A stretch of DNA of 64,000 bases, taken from Desulfomonilia bacterium (GTDB lineage: Bacteria > Desulfobacterota > Desulfomonilia > UBA1062). The position numbers and the translations under genes were made by a program. Where the stretch lies: positions 608,001 to 672,000 of the forward strand of contig CAXXDQ010000007.1 in the NCBI GenBank assembly GCA_963664325.2. Reading direction: 5' to 3'. Within the stretch, counting starts at the first letter, position 1. Every line of letters starts with the position of its first letter. The notes beneath the pieces are model-generated. The model did not search any database, had not been told where the DNA came from, and worked only from the letters and a program-made list of their open reading frames with translations. Shown here piece after piece: positions 1 through 10,310 of the stretch.

Positions 1-1
1 G

Positions 2-1090
2 ACACGCACCGCAGCTGCGATGATACTGGGATGCCGTATGCTTGATCCGGATGTAGACTTCCGTGGAGTCATCCTCAATCGGGTGTCCGGAAACCGTCAT
101 GAAAGCATATTGAGAAAAACGATCGAGGAGACCTGCCGTCTGCCTGTTATTGGCGCTGTCCCCAGGATGAAGGATTTCCCGTTTCCTCAAAGGAATCTCG
201 GCCTGACGCCCCCGCAGGAACACTCGCAGATGCAATATGCCCTTGAAAAGGCTTCCGTTGTGGCCGAAAAATACATTGACCTTGATATGATCATCTCGAT
301 TGCATCCCAGGTATCAGGTGCCATTGAAGCAGACATGCCCGCTTTCCAACGGATGAAACCGACAGGTACGAAAATAGGCGTTTTACGGGATTCCGCCTTC
401 CAGTTCTATTACCCGGAGAATATTGAAGCACTCAAGGAAAGGGGCATTAAAATGATCGACATCAGTCCCCTAAGCGATAAAGTTCTGCCGGATATCGACC
501 TTCTTTACATCGGCGGGGGCTTTCCTGAAACTCACGCCGAGGCTCTTGCTGAAAATGCAGTTTTCAGGACATCCCTGCGTGAAGCAGCAGAAAAAGGACT
601 CCCCGTTTATGCTGAGTGCGGAGGCCTGATGTACCTTGGAGAAAATCTTGTGATTGGAAGCAGAGAATATCCCATGGCAGGCCCCTTGCCGGTATCCTTT
701 GCTATGGTCGACAAGCCCCAGGGACACGGATATACGGACATCGATGTCGTGGCGGAAAACCCATTCTTTCCGGTAGGTGCCAATATAAGAGGCCACGAGT
801 TTCATCATTCGAAGATAGTCTCTTTAGATGAGAGACAAATCCGTTTTGCCTTCAGGATGAATCGCGGAACCGGTGTCGACGGTATCAGGGACGGCCTGTG
901 CAGAAAACAGATTCTTGCAGGCTACACGCATATTCATGCCCTGGGAACACCTGAATGGGCCGACGCACTTATCTTGAGGGCTGACGAACACCGAAAACAG
1001 AAAACGAAGACTGAGTTCAGACTAACAAAACATCCTATGAACACAGAATATATTAACAGGTTTAGTACCTCGAGACCCATACAACAATAA
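2..1090 (+). CDS. dsrN: Cobyrinate a,c-diamide synthase family protein, probably siroheme amidase DsrN (5' end outside window)
   Basis: Open frame runs off the left edge; CbiA/CobB motifs GVILNRV, AFQFYYPEN, LYIGGGFPE, YAECGGLMYL, GHEFH; immediately upstream of dsrC. Confidence 0.8.
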   Translation, partial: TRTAAAMILGCRMLDPDVDFRGVILNRVSGNRHESILRKTIEETCRLPVIGAVPRMKDFPFPQRNLGLTPPQEHSQMQYALEKASVVAEKYIDLDMIISIASQVSGAIEADMPAFQRMKPTGTKIGVLRDSAFQFYYPENIEALKERGIKMIDISPLSDKVLPDIDLLYIGGGFPETHAEALAENAVFRTSLREAAEKGLPVYAECGGLMYLGENLVIGSREYPMAGPLPVSFAMVDKPQGHGYTDIDVVAENPFFPVGANIRGHEFHHSKIVSLDERQIRFAFRMNRGTGVDGIRDGLCRKQILAGYTHIHALGTPEWADALILRADEHRKQKTKTEFRLTKHPMNTEYINRFSTSRPIQQ

Positions 1091-1113
1091 ACAGGAAAAG
1101 GAGATAAACAAAC

Positions 1114-1434
1114 ATGCCGACAATCGAACTAGCAGGAAAAACTTACGAAGTTGACGAAGACGGGTTCCTTCAGGAACTCGATAAATGGAGCGAGGAATTC
1201 GCACAGGCTTATGCGAGCGCAGAGGAAATCGAAGGAACACTGACCGAAGACCACTGGAAAGTGATCAACTACCTCAGAAATTATTATCATGAATTCGGAA
1301 TTGCGCCAATGATCCGGAAGATATGCAAGGATTTGAAAATCGATATGAAAAAGCTCTATGAGCTCTATCCCACCGGCCCAGCCAAGGGTGCATGCAAGCT
1401 TGCAGGCCTTTCAAAACCGACGGGTTGTGTATAA
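1114..1434 (+). CDS. dsrC: Sulfur relay protein DsrC
   Basis: VDEDGFL, HWKVINYLR, and C-terminal arm GACKLAGLSKPTGCV with both conserved cysteines (C-X10-C); aggag RBS. Confidence 0.95.
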   Translation: MPTIELAGKTYEVDEDGFLQELDKWSEEFAQAYASAEEIEGTLTEDHWKVINYLRNYYHEFGIAPMIRKICKDLKIDMKKLYELYPTGPAKGACKLAGLSKPTGCV

Positions 1435-1455
1435 AAAAGCCTCACAGAAAGAGAC

Positions 1456-2391
1456 ATGGGAACGCTGATCATAGTTCTGACGTATATCGCTTACGTCTTC
1501 ATCGTGGCGGTATACACAATCAAGGTCAAAGCATGGCTCAAGCTCCCGCCTCATATCAGGTGGGACCTCTATCCTGTCATTCATGAGAAAAACTACCGTT
1601 ACGGCGGCTCATACTATGAAAATCAGGAGTGGTGGACAAAACCCCGTCCGAATAACACCATGCGAAGCCTTCTTTACTCACTCAAAGACAACTTCTACAT
1701 GGGTGAGTATTTTAAGCGGAACCGTCTGTACTGGCTCTTCCTCCTGCCGTGGCATCTCAGTTTCATCTTCATTATAGGGTTTCATATTCTGTGCTTCTTT
1801 GCAGCAGTGAGTATGGCTGCTGGTCTGGATATCTCCACAAGCTCAGCCAATGCGGCGGGGCAGGTCTTTTATTACGTCCTTCTGATTATGGGTGGATTCG
1901 CCTTCATCACAGGCACATTCGGAAGCATAGGAATGCTTTTCATGCGGCTTATTGACCGTGGGCTGAGAGTATATTCCATGCCGATGAACTTCTTCAATTA
2001 CATCTTCTTTCTTATCGTCTACGGAAGCGGGCTCATATCCTGGCTGCTCCTCGACCCCACACTCAATGAATACCGGTCGTACTGGCTAGGACTTATCACG
2101 CTGACTGCGCCGTGGCTTCAGCCAATGACTATTTTCCATATCGTCATGTTCGATATCTTTCTCATATATCTGCCCTTTACCCGCTCGACACACTACATCA
2201 CCAGAATCCTGGCATATTTCTATATCCGATGGGACGACGAACCTAACCTTCCCGGCAGTAAGATGGAAAAGCAGTTCAGCAGCCTTCTCGGACACAGGCT
2301 GTCATGGGAAGCAAAACACATCACTGCCGGAAAGAGCTGGGCGGAATCTGCCATGGAATCGGGTCTGGCTGATGTGAAAAAGGACCAATAA
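1456..2391 (+). CDS. DsrM-like / NarI-family membrane cytochrome b (first copy)
   Basis: Multiple TM helices, RWDLYPV, heme-ligand His in PWH, IFH and YLPFTRSTH; translationally coupled to a DsrK-like gene. Confidence 0.8.
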   Translation: MGTLIIVLTYIAYVFIVAVYTIKVKAWLKLPPHIRWDLYPVIHEKNYRYGGSYYENQEWWTKPRPNNTMRSLLYSLKDNFYMGEYFKRNRLYWLFLLPWHLSFIFIIGFHILCFFAAVSMAAGLDISTSSANAAGQVFYYVLLIMGGFAFITGTFGSIGMLFMRLIDRGLRVYSMPMNFFNYIFFLIVYGSGLISWLLLDPTLNEYRSYWLGLITLTAPWLQPMTIFHIVMFDIFLIYLPFTRSTHYITRILAYFYIRWDDEPNLPGSKMEKQFSSLLGHRLSWEAKHITAGKSWAESAMESGLADVKKDQ

Positions 2392-3995
2392 TGAAGAAGC
2401 CGCTTGATATAAAAGAATTCAGCAGGCCCTCTGAACAGCTCGCCGAAATAGACCCGGCTGAACTGCTTGATCTGCCGGCCCCTTATGACAAGATCGACAA
2501 GCCGCCCATAAAAAAGCTTACGGATGACCAGAAGAAGCGCATGGACGCATCATTGGACGGCGTTGTGGCCGTAGGCCTTGCCCCCCCCAACAGTCCTGAA
2601 GAAGAGAAGGCCTTTGTTGAAAATTTTCTGGCAGGTCTCAATAAGCTCTTTTCCGATCAGGACAACTGGACATTCCTCCAGCCCCTGGTGCACACCTTGG
2701 AGTACTGCGTAAAGTGCCAGATATGCTCTGACGCCTGCCCTGCATACGTATCAAGCGGCCGCCAGGAAATTTACCGGCCCACTATGCGGCCGGAAATTCT
2801 CAGGAGGATTGTAAGTACATATATTAAAAAGGAACCGCGCCTATTGAGGAAATTCAAGTCCAGCGACATAGAGCTCAACTGGCAGACGCTCGCCCGCCTT
2901 GTCGAACTCGCCTACCGCTGCACGCTGTGCCGGCGTTGCGCACAGGTGTGTCTTCTGGGCTGCGATAATGCGCTTGTCACCCGCGAAATAAGGAAACTGT
3001 TCAGCCAGCAGATGGGGATCGCTCCTAAAGAAATTCATGAAAAGGGCTCAGTCCAACAGATCAGGGTCGGATCGAGCACGGGCATGACACCGCCTGCTCT
3101 TAAAAATATCCTCGAGTTCATTGAAGAAGAGATTGAAGAGAAGACCGGCCGCAAGATAAAGATACCAGTTGATAAAAAAGGCGCAGACATGCTGCTTCTG
3201 CATAATGCAGGAGAATTCATGGCATGGCCCGAGAATCTCGAGGCCTTCGCCATCCTTTTTGATGCGGCGGGCGTAGACTGGACCCTCTCCAGCGAACTGG
3301 CAGGATACGACGCAGTCAACTACGGCGTCTGGTATGATGATGTCCAGTTCGCACGCGTGGCACTGATACATGCAAAGGCTGCAAAAGCGCTCGGAGTCAG
3401 GAAGATATCCATGGGAGAATGCGGCCATGCGCATAAGGCTATGATTGTCATCGCAGACCGTATACTCACCGGGGATCTTAATATACCGCGCGAAAGCTGC
3501 CTTCCTCTAATGGAAGAGATCGTAACGAGCGGCCGGATCAAGTTTGACCCTTCGAGGAATGCATTTCCAATAACGCTGCACGACCCTTGCAATATGGTGA
3601 GACTGATGGGAATCGTTTCTCCGCAGCGCAAAATACTTTCAAAGATAAGCCCGGATTTCAGGGAAATGGCTCCGCATGGTGTTGAAAACTACTGCTGCGG
3701 CGGCGGAAGCGGATTTGCAATCACTCAGTCGACGAACTTCCCGGACTGGCGGTCATCTGTTTCAGGACGCATGAAAATGAAGCAGATACTCGAAGCCTTT
3801 AAGGACGTGCCCGAACCGGAAGTGAAAAAATATGTCTGCGCCCCCTGTTCAAACTGCAAGGGGCAGTTCAGGGATATGTTCGAATACTATGGAGCATGGG
3901 AAAAATCGGGCATCTTTTATGGAGGACTCGTGGAACTGATCGTCAACGCAATGGCCGACCTCGAAAAGCCCTTTATCCAGTGGGAGTGGCATTGA
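2391..3995 (+). CDS. DsrK-like (HdrD-type) Fe-S / CCG-domain oxidoreductase (first copy)
   Basis: CVKCQICSDACP, CTLCRRCAQVC, GECGH, HDPC, CCGGGSG, CSNC. Confidence 0.85.
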   Translation: MKKPLDIKEFSRPSEQLAEIDPAELLDLPAPYDKIDKPPIKKLTDDQKKRMDASLDGVVAVGLAPPNSPEEEKAFVENFLAGLNKLFSDQDNWTFLQPLVHTLEYCVKCQICSDACPAYVSSGRQEIYRPTMRPEILRRIVSTYIKKEPRLLRKFKSSDIELNWQTLARLVELAYRCTLCRRCAQVCLLGCDNALVTREIRKLFSQQMGIAPKEIHEKGSVQQIRVGSSTGMTPPALKNILEFIEEEIEEKTGRKIKIPVDKKGADMLLLHNAGEFMAWPENLEAFAILFDAAGVDWTLSSELAGYDAVNYGVWYDDVQFARVALIHAKAAKALGVRKISMGECGHAHKAMIVIADRILTGDLNIPRESCLPLMEEIVTSGRIKFDPSRNAFPITLHDPCNMVRLMGIVSPQRKILSKISPDFREMAPHGVENYCCGGGSGFAITQSTNFPDWRSSVSGRMKMKQILEAFKDVPEPEVKKYVCAPCSNCKGQFRDMFEYYGAWEKSGIFYGGLVELIVNAMADLEKPFIQWEWH

Positions 3996-4003
3996 GGAAT
4001 AGC

Positions 4004-4993
4004 ATGCATCTCACAGCAGCCGTTATCTCAATCCTTATACTGATGTTCCTGGCGGCGGCAGCCGCCTTGATCCCTTACCTTTCATGGCTGCTTGCGGCAA
4101 TCGTGGTCTATGCCGCATTTTTCTTCTTTCTTGCCGGGTTCGTATATCGTGTTATAAGGTGGGCGATCGTTCCCGTGCCGTTCAGGATCCCGGCCACCTG
4201 CGGGCAGCAGAAGTCGCTGACCTGGATCAATGCAAGCCCGATTGAGAATCCGTCAGGAAAGACCGGTGCCTTTTTAAGGATGGCCTCGGAAATCGTTTTT
4301 TTTCGCTCTCTTTTAAGGAATACGAGTACGGCGATGTACGAAAACCGGCCTGTTTATACAAGGGATATAATACTGTGGCTGTTCGGACTGCTCTTTCATG
4401 TATCCATGCTGATAATAGTAATAAGGCATTTGAGATTTTTCATGGAACCCGTTCCTGTTTTCATCAATACTCTTTCCGCATTGGACGGCATGTTTGAGCT
4501 GGGCGTTCCAACCCTTTATCTTTCGGACATCGTTTTTGCATTTTCGGCAATATACCTGTTCATACGCCGAGCTGCCGTTTCAAGGCTGCGGTATATATCG
4601 CTTGTCCAGGATTACTTTCCCATTCTTCTTCTTATCAGTGTGGCTGGCTCGGGAATACTGATGCGCCACATCTACAAGGTAGACCTTCTGAAGGTAAAAG
4701 AACTGGCAACCGGATGGACCAGTTTCTCAACAACGTTGCCTGAAGGGATAGGCCCGCTATTTTTTGTACACCTGTTCTGCGTATGCATGCTTTTTTTCTG
4801 GTTTCCCCTGGGAAAGCTCCTGCACATGGGCGGAATCTTTTTAAGTCCGACCCGAAACATGGCCAACAGCAACAGGGCATTCAGGCACCTCAACCCGTGG
4901 AATGCGCCCGTCAAGGTCCACACCTACGAAGAATACGAGGACGAATTCCGTGACAAGATAAAAGCGGCCGGGCTGCCGGTGGAAAAGGAGTAG
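4004..4993 (+). CDS. dsrM: DsrM membrane cytochrome b subunit
   Basis: PVPFRIPATCGQQKSL, FFRSLLRNT, KLLHMGGIFLSPTRN, HLNPWN, YEEYEDEFR; ATG at 4004 follows gagga RBS (ORF-track start 3896 overlaps previous gene). Confidence 0.9.
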   Translation: MHLTAAVISILILMFLAAAAALIPYLSWLLAAIVVYAAFFFFLAGFVYRVIRWAIVPVPFRIPATCGQQKSLTWINASPIENPSGKTGAFLRMASEIVFFRSLLRNTSTAMYENRPVYTRDIILWLFGLLFHVSMLIIVIRHLRFFMEPVPVFINTLSALDGMFELGVPTLYLSDIVFAFSAIYLFIRRAAVSRLRYISLVQDYFPILLLISVAGSGILMRHIYKVDLLKVKELATGWTSFSTTLPEGIGPLFFVHLFCVCMLFFWFPLGKLLHMGGIFLSPTRNMANSNRAFRHLNPWNAPVKVHTYEEYEDEFRDKIKAAGLPVEKE

Positions 4994-4995
4994 AC

Positions 4996-6609
4996 GTGTC
5001 GTTCGCTAAAACACCCAAACCTGATGAACTGATAAGCATCAAATACGGCATGCCGAAGAAGCCATGGATGGACACGCCTGCGGACTTCAAGCCGGGTACA
5101 TGGAGCTATTCAGGCGCGGCAAAGAACCTTACGGCCCTCGATCTTCCCAATCCCAGGACATGGCAGCCTTCGGATGAAGACTGGAAGCTCCCTGAAAACT
5201 GGCAGTCAATCATACTTGAAGGAATGAAGGAACGGCTCGGAAAGTACAGGTCATTCAGACTGTTCATGGATATATGCGTTCGATGCGGGGCCTGCGCCGA
5301 CAAATGCCATTTCTTTATCGGCACCGGCGATCCGAAGAATATGCCGGTGCTGAGAGCAGAGCTTATCCGCTCTGTTTATCGCCGATATTTTACTGTTTCC
5401 GGAAGGGTCTTTGGCCGCTTAGCGGGTGCAAGAGACTTGACCGTCGACGTCTTGAAGGAGTGGTTCTATTATTTCTATCAATGCACGGAATGCCGACGCT
5501 GCGCCGTCTTCTGCCCTTTCGGCATAGACCAGGCCGAGATCACAATGATAGGCAGGGAACTTCTCAATCTGGTGGGCTGCAATATAAACTGGGTCGTAGA
5601 ACCCTCCGCAAACTGCTTCAGGACCGGAAACCATCTCGGCATACAGCCGGGCGGCATCAAGGACATGATTGAATTCTTGACAGATGATATCGCAGACCGG
5701 ACCGGTGTCCGGGTGGAAGTACCACTCAACAGAAAGGGTGCAGAAATCCTGTTCATAACTCCATCTGCAGACTATTTCGCCGACCCGGGCACATATACCT
5801 GCATGGGATATCTCATGCTCTTTCATGAGATAGGTCTTGACTACACGATGAGCACATACGCTTCCGAAGGAGGAAACTTCGGGCTCTTCACGTCGCATGA
5901 TATGATCAAGCGGCTCAATGCAAAGATATACGCTGAAGCAAAGCGCCTGGGCGTCAAATGGATACTTGGTGGCGAATGCGGCCACATGTGGAGGGTGGTC
6001 AACCAGTATATGGACACCATGAACGGACCGGCCGATTTTCTTGAAGTGCCTGTCTCACCCGCAACAGGGACGCGATTTGAAAACGCCCGATCCACAAAGA
6101 TGGTCCACATCTGCGAATTCACGGCAGACATAATCAAAAACGGCAAAATCAGACTCGACCCTTCGAGAAACGGCCATCTGAAGATTACATTCCACGACTC
6201 CTGCAATCCTTCGCGGGCCATGGGTCTCTTCGATGAGCCGCGCTATATCATCAATAATGCATGCAACAATTTTTTTGAAATGCGTGAGGATGCCATTAGG
6301 GAAAAAACATTCTGCTGCGGTGCAGGCGCCGGGCTAGGCAATGAAGAGAATATGGAGATGAGGATGCGCGGCGGCATGCCCAGGGCAATGGCCGTAAAGG
6401 AAGTACGCGAGAAATATGGCGTCAACCGCCTGGCCTGCATATGCGCCGTTGACCGGGCTACACTCCCTCCTCTGATGGAATACTGGGTTCCCGATGTCTC
6501 AGTCATGGGCGTTCACGAACTGCTGGGCAACGCCCTTGTCATGGAAGGCGAAAATGAACGGCTTACCGACCTCAGGGGAGATCCCATTAAGGAGACAGAG
6601 GCGTCATGA
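4996..6609 (+). CDS. dsrK: DsrK catalytic Fe-S subunit
   Basis: CVRCGACADKCH, DPKNMPVLRAEL, CTECRRCAVFCPFGID, SEGGNFG, GGECGHMWR, HDSCN, FCCGAG. Confidence 0.93.
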   Translation: MSFAKTPKPDELISIKYGMPKKPWMDTPADFKPGTWSYSGAAKNLTALDLPNPRTWQPSDEDWKLPENWQSIILEGMKERLGKYRSFRLFMDICVRCGACADKCHFFIGTGDPKNMPVLRAELIRSVYRRYFTVSGRVFGRLAGARDLTVDVLKEWFYYFYQCTECRRCAVFCPFGIDQAEITMIGRELLNLVGCNINWVVEPSANCFRTGNHLGIQPGGIKDMIEFLTDDIADRTGVRVEVPLNRKGAEILFITPSADYFADPGTYTCMGYLMLFHEIGLDYTMSTYASEGGNFGLFTSHDMIKRLNAKIYAEAKRLGVKWILGGECGHMWRVVNQYMDTMNGPADFLEVPVSPATGTRFENARSTKMVHICEFTADIIKNGKIRLDPSRNGHLKITFHDSCNPSRAMGLFDEPRYIINNACNNFFEMREDAIREKTFCCGAGAGLGNEENMEMRMRGGMPRAMAVKEVREKYGVNRLACICAVDRATLPPLMEYWVPDVSVMGVHELLGNALVMEGENERLTDLRGDPIKETEAS

Positions 6610-7049
6610 AGCCAAAGCCTGGAACAATTATAGGCGTTTCTATCGGCATAGCTGTATTCGTCCTCATTGCGGCCTTTCCCTTCTGGTATGGCGGCTTTAA
6701 ACCCAAGGCCGCCCCGGATATAGATCTCAATACACCTGAAATAAACTCACTTTCCGAAAAGCAGTGCGTGGCTTCCACAGCTTACATGAAGACAGAACAT
6801 ATGAGGCTCCTCAATCAGTGGCGCAACGATGTCGTGCGCAACAACGACCGGACTTATACAGCACCCGACGGACGGCGGTTCGACAAAAGCCTCACAAAGA
6901 CTTGTCTTGCATGCCACACCAACAAGGAGCGGTTCTGCAACCGCTGCCACAATTATGCCGGCGCCAATCCCAAATGCTGGGACTGCCATTCCGAAACGGC
7001 TTCCTCGGCTGCGAGAAAGGCGATAAAATTCAGGGAAAAGGTGAACTGA
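6606..7049 (+). CDS. dsrJ: DsrJ triheme cytochrome c
   Basis: N-terminal TM anchor, FPFWY, CV..MK.EHM, three CxxCH motifs (CLACH, CNRCH, CWDCH). Confidence 0.92.
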   Translation: MKPKPGTIIGVSIGIAVFVLIAAFPFWYGGFKPKAAPDIDLNTPEINSLSEKQCVASTAYMKTEHMRLLNQWRNDVVRNNDRTYTAPDGRRFDKSLTKTCLACHTNKERFCNRCHNYAGANPKCWDCHSETASSAARKAIKFREKVN

Positions 7050-7050
7050 C

Positions 7051-7818
7051 ATGGTGGACATTAAACGCAGACTGATATTGAAGGCCGCCGGGATATCCGC
7101 TCTCGGCACCATTATTCCGCCTGTCGGGTATCTGATCTCTGCGCATGCAAAGGAAGTCATGTCGAAACAGGCAGCACCGTCTGCAAAACGGTGGGCCATG
7201 CTGGTTGACATCTCGAAGTGTCCGGCAGGATGCAGAGGTTGCATCGATGCCTGTCACGGCATCCACAATGTGCCGTCAATAAACGAGCCCGGACAGGAAA
7301 TAAGATGGATACAGAAGGTGCCATTCTCAAACGCCTTCCCTTCGCAGGAAAACCCCTACTCGGACGTATCCATTAAGAAAAGGGAAACCGTGGTCATGTG
7401 CAACCACTGCAGTAATCCTCCCTGCGTACGTGTCTGCCCGACACAGGCCACGTTCAAGCGCAGTGACGGCATAGTCATGATGGACTATCACAGGTGCATA
7501 GGCTGCAGGTTCTGCATAGCGGCCTGCCCTTACGGCGCAAGGAGCATGAATTTCAGAAACCCCCGGCCGTATATCGGAAGCATAAACCCGGACTTCCCTA
7601 CAAGGACCAAAGGCGTGGTCGAAAAATGCAACTTCTGCGAGGAGCGCCTCGCCAGGAATCTCCTGCCCGCATGCGAGCAAGCATGCAAATACAAGGCCCT
7701 CATATTCGGAGACCTGCTGGCGGGAAAATCGGAAATCAAAACGATACTTGAGAACAGCAATGCGTTCAGGCGCAGACCCGAACTCGGAACAGAACCTCAC
7801 GTATTCTACATAGGATGA
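7051..7818 (+). CDS. dsrO: DsrO periplasmic Fe-S protein
   Basis: Tat-like KRRLILK signal; CNHCSNPPCVRVCP, CIGCRFCIAACP, VEKCNFC. Confidence 0.92.
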   Translation: MVDIKRRLILKAAGISALGTIIPPVGYLISAHAKEVMSKQAAPSAKRWAMLVDISKCPAGCRGCIDACHGIHNVPSINEPGQEIRWIQKVPFSNAFPSQENPYSDVSIKKRETVVMCNHCSNPPCVRVCPTQATFKRSDGIVMMDYHRCIGCRFCIAACPYGARSMNFRNPRPYIGSINPDFPTRTKGVVEKCNFCEERLARNLLPACEQACKYKALIFGDLLAGKSEIKTILENSNAFRRRPELGTEPHVFYIG

Positions 7819-7831
7819 AAAGCGAGCTACA

Positions 7832-9019
7832 ATGACTGATCCCACAGATAAAAACAGGATCACAGGCCGTATCTGGCTGGTTTTTCTGATTGCTGTCATG
7901 GCGGTCGGAGGGTTCTTCTATCTGCGCCAGTTGAACATGGGCTTAAGCATTACCGGCATGAACCAGAACGTGACCTGGGGCCTCTATATCTCCCAGTTCA
8001 CATTTCTCGTAGGCATCGCAGCTTCAGCAGTAATGCTCATACTTCCCTATTATCTCCATGATCACAAAGTATTCGGCCGGATTACGCTGTTAGGAGAATT
8101 CCTCGCCGTCTCCGCTGTCATGATGTCCGTCACTTTTGTTATAGTCGATCTCGGACGTCCTGACCGCGCATTCAACATGATCCTTCACCCATCCCCCAAG
8201 TCTATTCTTTTCTGGGATATGATCGTGCTGTCAGGCTATCTGATAATCAACCTCATCATCGGATGGACGGTTCTGGAGTGCGAGCGAAAGGGAACGCCTC
8301 CCCCGTCATGGGTCAAACCGCTAATATACCTGTCAATTCCCTGGGCCATAAGCATACATACCGTAACAGCCTTCATATACGCGGGCCTGCCTGCAAGGAC
8401 CTTCTGGCTTACGGCTGTCATGGCGCCCCGCTTCCTGGCGTCGGCGTTCGCATCAGGCCCTGCCCTTCTCGTACTCCTGTGCCTGATTCTTCGCCGATAT
8501 ACCTCATTTGATGCAGGCAGAGAACCCCTTCAGACACTGGCGAAGATTATCGCCTATGCCCTTGCGACAAGCATCTTTTTCGTCCTTGTGGAAATCTTCA
8601 CGGCCTTCTACAGCGGCATTCCATCCTATAAGGAGCATTACCAGTATCTGTTCAGAGGTATTGACGGCCATATGACCCTTGTCCCCTGGATGTGGGCATC
8701 GGTCGTCCTGGCATTCACAGCACTTATCTTTCTTGTCATTCCCGCAACCAGACGGAATGAAAAGTGGCTTATGTCAGCCTGTATCGCAGTATTCATATCG
8801 CTGTGGATTGAAAAGGGCCTGGGTCTTGTTATTCCAGGATTCATTCCATCACCGCTTGGAGATGTTGGAACATACGTCCCCACAATGCCGGAAATTGCAA
8901 TCACTCTCGGAGTCTGGGCCGGAGGCCTCTTTGTTCTGACCCTCTTGTACAGGCTGTTTGTTGCAGTCAAGGCGCAGCATGTCAAGGCTGCTCTGTGGTT
9001 AAATTATTGGGGAGAATGA
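7832..9019 (+). CDS. dsrP: DsrP (NrfD/PsrC family) membrane subunit
   Basis: TGM...WGLYISQFTFLVG, DLGRPDR, SIPWAISIHTVTAF, APRFLASAFASGP. Confidence 0.92.
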   Translation: MTDPTDKNRITGRIWLVFLIAVMAVGGFFYLRQLNMGLSITGMNQNVTWGLYISQFTFLVGIAASAVMLILPYYLHDHKVFGRITLLGEFLAVSAVMMSVTFVIVDLGRPDRAFNMILHPSPKSILFWDMIVLSGYLIINLIIGWTVLECERKGTPPPSWVKPLIYLSIPWAISIHTVTAFIYAGLPARTFWLTAVMAPRFLASAFASGPALLVLLCLILRRYTSFDAGREPLQTLAKIIAYALATSIFFVLVEIFTAFYSGIPSYKEHYQYLFRGIDGHMTLVPWMWASVVLAFTALIFLVIPATRRNEKWLMSACIAVFISLWIEKGLGLVIPGFIPSPLGDVGTYVPTMPEIAITLGVWAGGLFVLTLLYRLFVAVKAQHVKAALWLNYWGE

Positions 9020-9022
9020 AAC

Positions 9023-10249
9023 ATGAAAATACTGACCCTGAACTGCGGCAGCTCATCAATCAAATTCAAGATTTTTTCAATGCCTAAAGGCTCTGCTCTT
9101 ATAAAAGGGCAGGCTGACCGTATAGGACTGGATGATGCAAAAATACAATGGGAAGGCGAAGAGATCAAACATTGCAGCATCAGTTATAAACTTCACAGCC
9201 ACAAAGAGGCGCTCGAAATATTGCTCGGACTCAGGACGGCGGGAGGCGAAAAATCCCCTGTAAACACCGGTGACATAGCGGCTGTTGGGCATCGCGTTGT
9301 ACACGGTGGGGAGTTTTTCCACTCGTCAGTCGCCATCACCCCTGCCATACGCAGAACTCTGGAAGGCTGCAGAAATCTCGCCCCGCTGCATAATCCACAC
9401 AACCTCACAGGAATTGACGTCTGCGCAGCACTTATCCCGGATGTACCGCAGGTAGCGGTTTTTGATACGGCCTTTCACCAGAGCCTTCCTGATTTCGCAT
9501 ATACCTATGCCGTACCATACAGATTTTACGAGGAAAACCGAATCAGGAAATACGGATTTCATGGAACTTCGCATAGATATGTCGCAGAACGCGCAGCACA
9601 GATCCTGGGCAGGGACATTAAACAGCTTAGAATCATCACCGCGCACCTCGGCAACGGATCAAGCCTTTGTGCAGTTGGAAACGGGAAATCATGCGACACA
9701 TCGATGGGTTTCACACCGCTTTCAGGCGTTGTCATGGGAACCAGATGCGGTGACATTGATCCCGCATTCGTAGCCTATCTTATTAAAAATATGAACTTAC
9801 CCCTTGAAGAAGCAATGCGCATACTCAATTATGAAAGCGGAGTACTGGGGATTTCGGGCCTTTCATCGGATTTCAGGGACCTTTTTTCAGCTGCGGAAAC
9901 GGGCCATCAACGGGCGGCTCTTGCACTTAACGTCTTCGCATACAGTGTGGCAAGAGGGATCGGGTCTTTAATCCCTTCCATTAACGGCCTTGATGTTCTC
10001 GTGTTCACCGCTGGCATCGGCGAAAATTCTTATCAGATGCGCCAACTGATCTGCGGTTATCTGTCATGGCTGGGTATCTGTCTGGACCCGGCCAAGAACA
10101 TACAGGGAACGCCGGAACGAGATGTTTCCAGTCCTGAAACACAGGTACGGGTCCTCGTCATACCCACGGACGAGGAAAAAATAATTGCACAGGAAACCAT
10201 GAGCATCCTCACAAATGGAGGACAGCCAACATGTCAGGATGGATTTTGA
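9023..10249 (+). CDS. ackA: Acetate kinase
   Basis: LNCGSSSIK, GHRVVHGG, APLHNP, FDTAFH, YGFHGTSH, HLGNG, TSMGFTPL, FTAGIGEN, IPTDEE. Confidence 0.95.
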   Translation: MKILTLNCGSSSIKFKIFSMPKGSALIKGQADRIGLDDAKIQWEGEEIKHCSISYKLHSHKEALEILLGLRTAGGEKSPVNTGDIAAVGHRVVHGGEFFHSSVAITPAIRRTLEGCRNLAPLHNPHNLTGIDVCAALIPDVPQVAVFDTAFHQSLPDFAYTYAVPYRFYEENRIRKYGFHGTSHRYVAERAAQILGRDIKQLRIITAHLGNGSSLCAVGNGKSCDTSMGFTPLSGVVMGTRCGDIDPAFVAYLIKNMNLPLEEAMRILNYESGVLGISGLSSDFRDLFSAAETGHQRAALALNVFAYSVARGIGSLIPSINGLDVLVFTAGIGENSYQMRQLICGYLSWLGICLDPAKNIQGTPERDVSSPETQVRVLVIPTDEEKIIAQETMSILTNGGQPTCQDGF

Positions 10250-10310
10250 TGGCTTTGCTCAATCTCGCCAAGTGAAAAAAAAATAAAAATCAAGAATAGG
10301 AGGAATTAGG

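Noticed and set aside
2-1090. Cobalamin biosynthesis gene cbiA/cobB
   Set aside because: No other cob/cbi genes in view; position directly before dsrC favours the DsrN paralogue.
3896-4003. N-terminal extension of DsrM in the ORF track
   Set aside because: Overlaps the upstream DsrK-like gene by 100 bp; a better ATG with RBS is at 4004.
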